A DNA stretch of 62,940 bases from Armatimonadota bacterium (lineage in GTDB: Bacteria; Armatimonadota; SYMT01), in the NCBI GenBank assembly GCA_046292385.1, contig JBKBRF010000040.1, forward strand, positions 1 to 62,940, read 5' to 3'. The first letter of the stretch is position 1, and the number at the start of each line of letters is the position of its first letter. The position numbers and the translations under genes are program-made. Positions 58,411-62,940 of the stretch are shown here, one piece after another. The notes beneath the pieces were generated by a model. It saw nothing but the letters and a program-made list of their open reading frames with translations, was not told the DNA's origin and made no database searches.

Positions 58411-59817
58411 TCAGAACTGGAAGTAGAGGAACGGGCTCTCGGAGCCGAGGCGCGCCACGCAGGCGAGGGTGAGGCCGGCGAGGGCGACCGCCCACCGGCG
58501 CTTCGGCGCGGGCTTCCAGTCCCAGATCTCCGGCACCACCGCCACCCAGACAGCGGCGACCGCGATGAGCGTCCAGAGCTCGCCGAGGCCGGCGAGCGGG
58601 TAGGCGCCCGCGTAGCCGTGGAGCCCGACCAGCGCCTCCCCGTGGCGGATCGTCTCGTCCAGCGTCGCGTTCTTGAACGGCAGCCAGCCGAGGGTGACGA
58701 GGAGGAAGACGAACGGGCGGCTCAGCCAGACCGGGATCCGCGGCGCCCGCTCGCCCAGGGCGTGGCGGGCCAGGTGGAAGAGGGCGAGCAGGCCTCCGTG
58801 GAAGACGCCCCAGATCACGAAGGTCCAGTTCGCGCCGTGCCAGAGGCCGCCCAGGAACATCGTGATCATCAGGTTGAGCAGGGTGCGGCCCAACCCGGCG
58901 CGGGAGCCGCCCAGCGGGATGAAGAGGTAGTCCCGCAGCCAGCGGGAGAGGGTGATGTGCCAGCGGTTCCAGAAGTCGGAGACGTTGGTGGCGAGGTAGG
59001 GGCGGTTGAAGTTCTGCGGGAAGCGGAAGCCGAGCATGAAGCCGAGCCCGACCGCCATGTCGCTGTACGCGGAGAAGTCGAAGTAGATCTGAAAGCTGTA
59101 GCCGAGCAGGGCGGCCCACCCGGTATTGAGGCCGAGCTGGTCGACGTGGGCAAACATCGGGTCGATGCGCGCCGCGATCAGGTCGGCGAGCAGCAGCTTC
59201 TTGACCAGTCCGTAGACAAAGAACCAGATGCCCCGCTGCATCAGCTCCCAGTCGATCCGGGTCCGCAGCGTGCGGTACTGCTCCTCCACGTCGGTGTAGC
59301 GGATGATCGGCCCGGCGATCAGCTTCGGGAAGATGCAGATGAAGAGCGCGTAGTGGAGGAACGAGTTCGCCGGCCGGGCCAGTCCCTTGTAGATGTCGAT
59401 GGTGTACGTCACCGACTCGAACATGTAGAACGAGATCCCGATCGGCAGGATCAGGTGCAGGACCTGCAGCTCGACCCCGCCGATCCCCAGGCGGGCGGCG
59501 GCCGCGTTCACGGAGAGGGCGAAGAAGTCGTAGTACTTGAAGAACCCGAGCATCCCCAGGTTGTAGAGCAGGGAGAGCACGAGCCAGAGCTTCTTGCGGC
59601 CGGGGTGCTCCGTCCGGCAGATCGCGTGCCCGGCCAGGTAGTCGACCACCGTCGTCCCCAGCATCAGGAACGAGAAGCGCCAGTCGAAGTAGCTGTAGAA
59701 GACGTAGCTGGCGCCGCAGAGGAACGCGAGGCGCCAGGCGGTGCGGAGCGGGAGCCACCAGACCGCCAGCACCACCGGCAGGAAGACGAAAAGAAAGATG
59801 TAGCTGTTAAAGAGCAC
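58411..59817 (-). CDS. MBOAT family O-acyltransferase (AlgI/DltB-like)
   Basis: MLFNS..F, LPIGISFY, LIAGPI.R, QIYFDFSAYSDMA, FWNRWHITLS, GLWHGA. Confidence 0.93.
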   Translation of the reverse strand: MLFNSYIFLFVFLPVVLAVWWLPLRTAWRLAFLCGASYVFYSYFDWRFSFLMLGTTVVDYLAGHAICRTEHPGRKKLWLVLSLLYNLGMLGFFKYYDFFALSVNAAAARLGIGGVELQVLHLILPIGISFYMFESVTYTIDIYKGLARPANSFLHYALFICIFPKLIAGPIIRYTDVEEQYRTLRTRIDWELMQRGIWFFVYGLVKKLLLADLIAARIDPMFAHVDQLGLNTGWAALLGYSFQIYFDFSAYSDMAVGLGFMLGFRFPQNFNRPYLATNVSDFWNRWHITLSRWLRDYLFIPLGGSRAGLGRTLLNLMITMFLGGLWHGANWTFVIWGVFHGGLLALFHLARHALGERAPRIPVWLSRPFVFLLVTLGWLPFKNATLDETIRHGEALVGLHGYAGAYPLAGLGELWTLIAVAAVWVAVVPEIWDWKPAPKRRWAVALAGLTLACVARLGSESPFLYFQF

Positions 59818-61753
59818 GGGCGTTCAGGAGGTGCGGCGAAACCAGGTAGTTCAGCATCCGGCGGGTGTTGGCGACGGTCGGGTGCATCGGATCGTACCAG
59901 CCCCCTTCCAGCCCGTCGAAGCTCTCGGTATCGGTGAGATCGAAGAACTCCGCGCCGTGGCGGCGGGAGAGCGCCGCGACCAGCGCCGCGACCTCCGCAT
60001 ACCGGCCGGCGAAGCCGGTGACTTGCCAGCGCTCCCGCACGGCGGCCGGTGCCGGCGTGAGGAAGAGGGTCGCCTTCACCCGCCGCTCCCGCAGCAGCTC
60101 CAGCAGCGCCTCCAGCTCCCGCGCCACGTGCGGGTTCGGCTCCCGCTCCGGCGGGTTCAGCTCGATCGTCTCCAGCTCCGGGTGGAACGGGTCGAGAAAC
60201 AGCTTGCCCGCGGTGTCCGGCTCCCCATACCGGCCGCGGTAGCCGTCCCGCTCGAAGCGCGGCGCGGCAGCGGGGGCCGGGCGGGCTCCGGGGGCGGGCA
60301 GCGGGGGCGGCGGCACCTCCACCCCCTCTCGCGGCGGGATCAGGTGCCCCAGCGCGGAGCTGTAGACCAGCCGCCGGTAGTTGCCCCGCTGGCCGAAGAA
60401 AGAGAGCACGTCGACCCCGATCAGCACCCGCTTGATCGGCGCTCCCAGCTCCTCCGCGGCGTAGCGGTAGAGCGCCAGGGCGTCGATCGGCCCGCCCGCC
60501 GCTACCGCCGCGTTGAAGGTACGCAGGCCGGTGCGCGCCTGCAGGTAGCGGGGCTCGAACCGCATCACCCGGGACGAGCCGAGGATGAGCTGCTGCGGCA
60601 GCGGCCGGAGCCGGCGGAGCAGGCCCAGCTTCACCGCGGCGTCGTCGACCGCCGTCCCGCCGGCGGGGGCCGGGAAGAGCTTGTCGACCAGCCGCCGGGA
60701 GTTGACCGTCATCGGGTGGACCGGGTCGTACCAGCCGCCCTCATGCCCCGCGAAGGTGCCGACCGCGGAGAAGTCGTGGAAGCGCAGCCCGCGGCGCCCC
60801 ACGCGCGCGCCGATCTCCCGCACCAGCTCCTGTTCCCGCGCCAGGTAGCCGGTCTCCTTCCAGTGCTTCCGCATCGGAGTAGGGGCGGGAGTGGTGAAGA
60901 GCTCCGCCTCGATCCGGTGGGTCTTCAGGTAGTCGAGCAGGGCGTCGAGCTCCGCCAGCACCACCGGGTTCGGGAGGTCCTCCTGCGGGTTGAACGGCGC
61001 CCGCGCCAGCGCCGGCTCCACGTACCGTGCGAAGGCGCGCGGCGGCAGCACCTTCTCCACGTCGGTGTAGCGCCCGCGAAAGCCGTCCGGCTCGAACCCG
61101 CGCGGCGCCGCGCCCTGGTCTTCGGGGCCTTCGGCCGCCCCCGCGGCGTGACTCGGGAAGAAGGCGTTGCGGAGGGAAAGGAACGAGTCATACGCCTGTG
61201 CCGGGCTCAGCAGCAGGGCCGCGTCGCTCGTCTTGTCGGTGTCGTCCGGCCGGCGCGCCACGAACCGGCCGAGCTGCGGATGCCGCTTCAGCCGCGCGTA
61301 ATTGCCGCGCCGGCCGAAGAAAGAGAGCATGTCGAGCCCGATCAGCACCCGCCGGACCGGCGCCCCCGCCACCTCGCGGCTGTACCGGAGCATCGCCAGG
61401 GCGTCGACCGGCCCGCCCGCCGCCACTGCGGCGTTGAAGGTCGGGAGCCCGGTCCGCGCCTGCAGGTAGCGGGGCTCGAACCGCATCACGCGCGAAGAGC
61501 CGAGGACCAGCTGCTGCGGGGCCGGCTGCCGCGCCCGGAGCAGCTCGCACTTGGTGCCGGCGTCGTCCGCCACCCGGGGCGGCAGGTACTTCGGCGAGTA
61601 GAGTCCCCACGGGTTGACCGCCCAGTTGAGGCCGGCGAAGAGCCCCACCCCCAGCAGGAAGCAGGAGACGAAGCAGAGGGCGAACCGGCGCGACTGAAGC
61701 TGCGCCTTCGGCTCGAGATCGGGAACGGAAGTGCCGGCCGGCTGCGGGTCCAT
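59807..61753 (-). CDS. Membrane-anchored SGNH/DltD-like partner protein with a tandem duplicated domain
   Basis: N-terminal TM helix, then two near-identical LGSSR...FNAAVAAG...YDPxH domains; start uncertain. Confidence 0.78.
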   Translation of the reverse strand: MDPQPAGTSVPDLEPKAQLQSRRFALCFVSCFLLGVGLFAGLNWAVNPWGLYSPKYLPPRVADDAGTKCELLRARQPAPQQLVLGSSRVMRFEPRYLQARTGLPTFNAAVAAGGPVDALAMLRYSREVAGAPVRRVLIGLDMLSFFGRRGNYARLKRHPQLGRFVARRPDDTDKTSDAALLLSPAQAYDSFLSLRNAFFPSHAAGAAEGPEDQGAAPRGFEPDGFRGRYTDVEKVLPPRAFARYVEPALARAPFNPQEDLPNPVVLAELDALLDYLKTHRIEAELFTTPAPTPMRKHWKETGYLAREQELVREIGARVGRRGLRFHDFSAVGTFAGHEGGWYDPVHPMTVNSRRLVDKLFPAPAGGTAVDDAAVKLGLLRRLRPLPQQLILGSSRVMRFEPRYLQARTGLRTFNAAVAAGGPIDALALYRYAAEELGAPIKRVLIGVDVLSFFGQRGNYRRLVYSSALGHLIPPREGVEVPPPPLPAPGARPAPAAAPRFERDGYRGRYGEPDTAGKLFLDPFHPELETIELNPPEREPNPHVARELEALLELLRERRVKATLFLTPAPAAVRERWQVTGFAGRYAEVAALVAALSRRHGAEFFDLTDTESFDGLEGGWYDPMHPTVANTRRMLNYLVSPHLLNARAL

Positions 61754-62052
61754 GGCGGATCGGGAAACGGTTGACCGAAGGGCGGGGCCCGGGACCCGGG
61801 CGGGCAAATCGCGGCGGTCGCGAAGCGCGGGCAGCGCTCGCGCGGTCCTCCAGGCTTTACGACTCTTCGCTCTGCGTAGTGCCCGGAACCGGCGGCTGAG
61901 TTCGGCCGGCGCCCCCCAGTTCTATCAACCCCGACGGCGAGTCAGCGACTCGGATTCCGCCCCCGCGCTATTGTCGGCCGGCGGACCCGATCGGGAGACG
62001 TCGATCGCGGCTCCCCGGCGGACGAGCGATCCCAATCAATCGGTGCGGCCTA

Positions 62053-62191
62053 TGGAGTGCGGAAGCTTGCTTCCCCTTTGAGGAGCCTCCCGACGACGCT
62101 ACTTGCCTCGGTCTTGAGCTGCAGCTAGCCGGCGAGCGAGAGCCAGGTCTCATCTCGGCAGCCGAAAGCGGGAGCAAGCTCCCGCACTCCA
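62053..62191. repeat. Inverted pair of REP elements upstream of the RAYT
   Basis: TGGAGTGCGGAAGCTTGCTTCCCCTTT and AAAGCGGGAGCAAGCTCCCGCACTCCA. Confidence 0.8.
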
Positions 62192-62259
62192 AATCCTTCC
62201 CCGGAAGGGAGACGAGCTGGCGAGGTCGTAGTACAGGCCGAGTCACTGGAGGTCGAGAG

Positions 62260-62790
62260 ATGGCCCGTTGGCACCATGCCCCGGCACACTGCCTGGATGA
62301 ATCCGGAGCCTATATGGTCACCGCAGGCACGTATCGGAAGGTGCCGTTTTTCAGCGGGCCAGAGCGGCTGGACCTGCTCCACGATGCCTTCTTTCAGCTC
62401 GCCCTGGAATTCGAGCTCCGCCTGCAAGCCTGGGCGATTTTTTCCAATCACTATCACTTCGTGGCGGAGCTACCTGGAGATGCAACCAGGCTCCGCAAGT
62501 TCCTGCAGCAACTCCACTCGACCACCGCGCGAGAGCTCAATCTCCAGGACGAGACGCCGCAGCGAAAGGTGTGGCACCAGTACTGGGACAGTCGCATCAC
62601 TTACCAGCGATCCTACTTCGCCCGGCTGCAATACGTGCACCAGAACCCGGTGAAGCACGGCCTGACGCAGAACGCGGAGCAGTACCGCTGGTGCTCCGCG
62701 CGCTGGTTTCAGGAAGAAGCGCCTCCCTCGCTCTATCGCACGATCTGCAGTTTCCCGACGGATCGCGTGCGTGTGTTGGATGACTTCTGA
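62260..62790 (+). CDS. REP-associated tyrosine transposase (RAYT, Y1 HUH family)
   Basis: YMVTAGT, AWAIFSNHYH (HUH), W..YWD, YVHQNPVKHGL...YRWCS. Confidence 0.88.
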   Translation: MARWHHAPAHCLDESGAYMVTAGTYRKVPFFSGPERLDLLHDAFFQLALEFELRLQAWAIFSNHYHFVAELPGDATRLRKFLQQLHSTTARELNLQDETPQRKVWHQYWDSRITYQRSYFARLQYVHQNPVKHGLTQNAEQYRWCSARWFQEEAPPSLYRTICSFPTDRVRVLDDF

Positions 62791-62940
62791 TCGAGAGCGG
62801 AGTCCCTCCCCGCCCCAGCATTTGGAGATTCTATGCTTCGCGTCAAGCGGAAAGTTCGAGGGTAGCTCCCGTACGTAGCCCCACGGAGCCGACGGCGCCG
62901 AAGACATCACGGGTTCTTCGCCGCCGGCTCCGTTCCGGCG

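Noticed and set aside
849..62910. Many long overlapping or antisense ORFs (e.g. 849-2999, 17373-19763, 22680-23948, 53801-56194, 59831-61774)
   Set aside because: These are shadow ORFs caused by high GC. They overlap well-supported genes and have Arg/Pro/Gly-rich, motif-free translations.

Overview
High-GC (roughly 70% by eye) bacterial chromosome segment. The lineage is uncertain. A GAAC-N4-GTTC-type SOS box together with DUF1552/DUF1592 genes would fit Armatimonadota or a similar phylum (inference). The window holds tRNA-Arg(CCT), a DHH-CBS tRNA nucleotidyltransferase, an AbiEi/AbiEii toxin-antitoxin pair, metabolic and transport genes, pfkA, hpf, a WYL regulator, a two-component cluster, an MBOAT pair and a REP-associated tyrosine transposase. 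The centre (about 17.4-35.0 kb) is an intact-looking siphovirus-type head-and-tail operon. It has no integrase, repressor, replication genes or recognisable small terminase, and its tape measure is only 227 aa. It keeps a -1 frameshift site in the tail chaperone, and host repeats sit between its genes but not inside them. This makes it a candidate domesticated gene transfer agent (GTA)-like system. A previously unrecognised ~250-280 nt structured repeat occurs 8 times, always in the same orientation, and 6 copies lie in or bracket this operon. It has a covarying 15-16 bp long-range helix, cGNAg DNA-type triloops on the minus strand and a ~30 nt variable segment. A probable selenocysteine UGA in a redoxin and several operator sites were also found.
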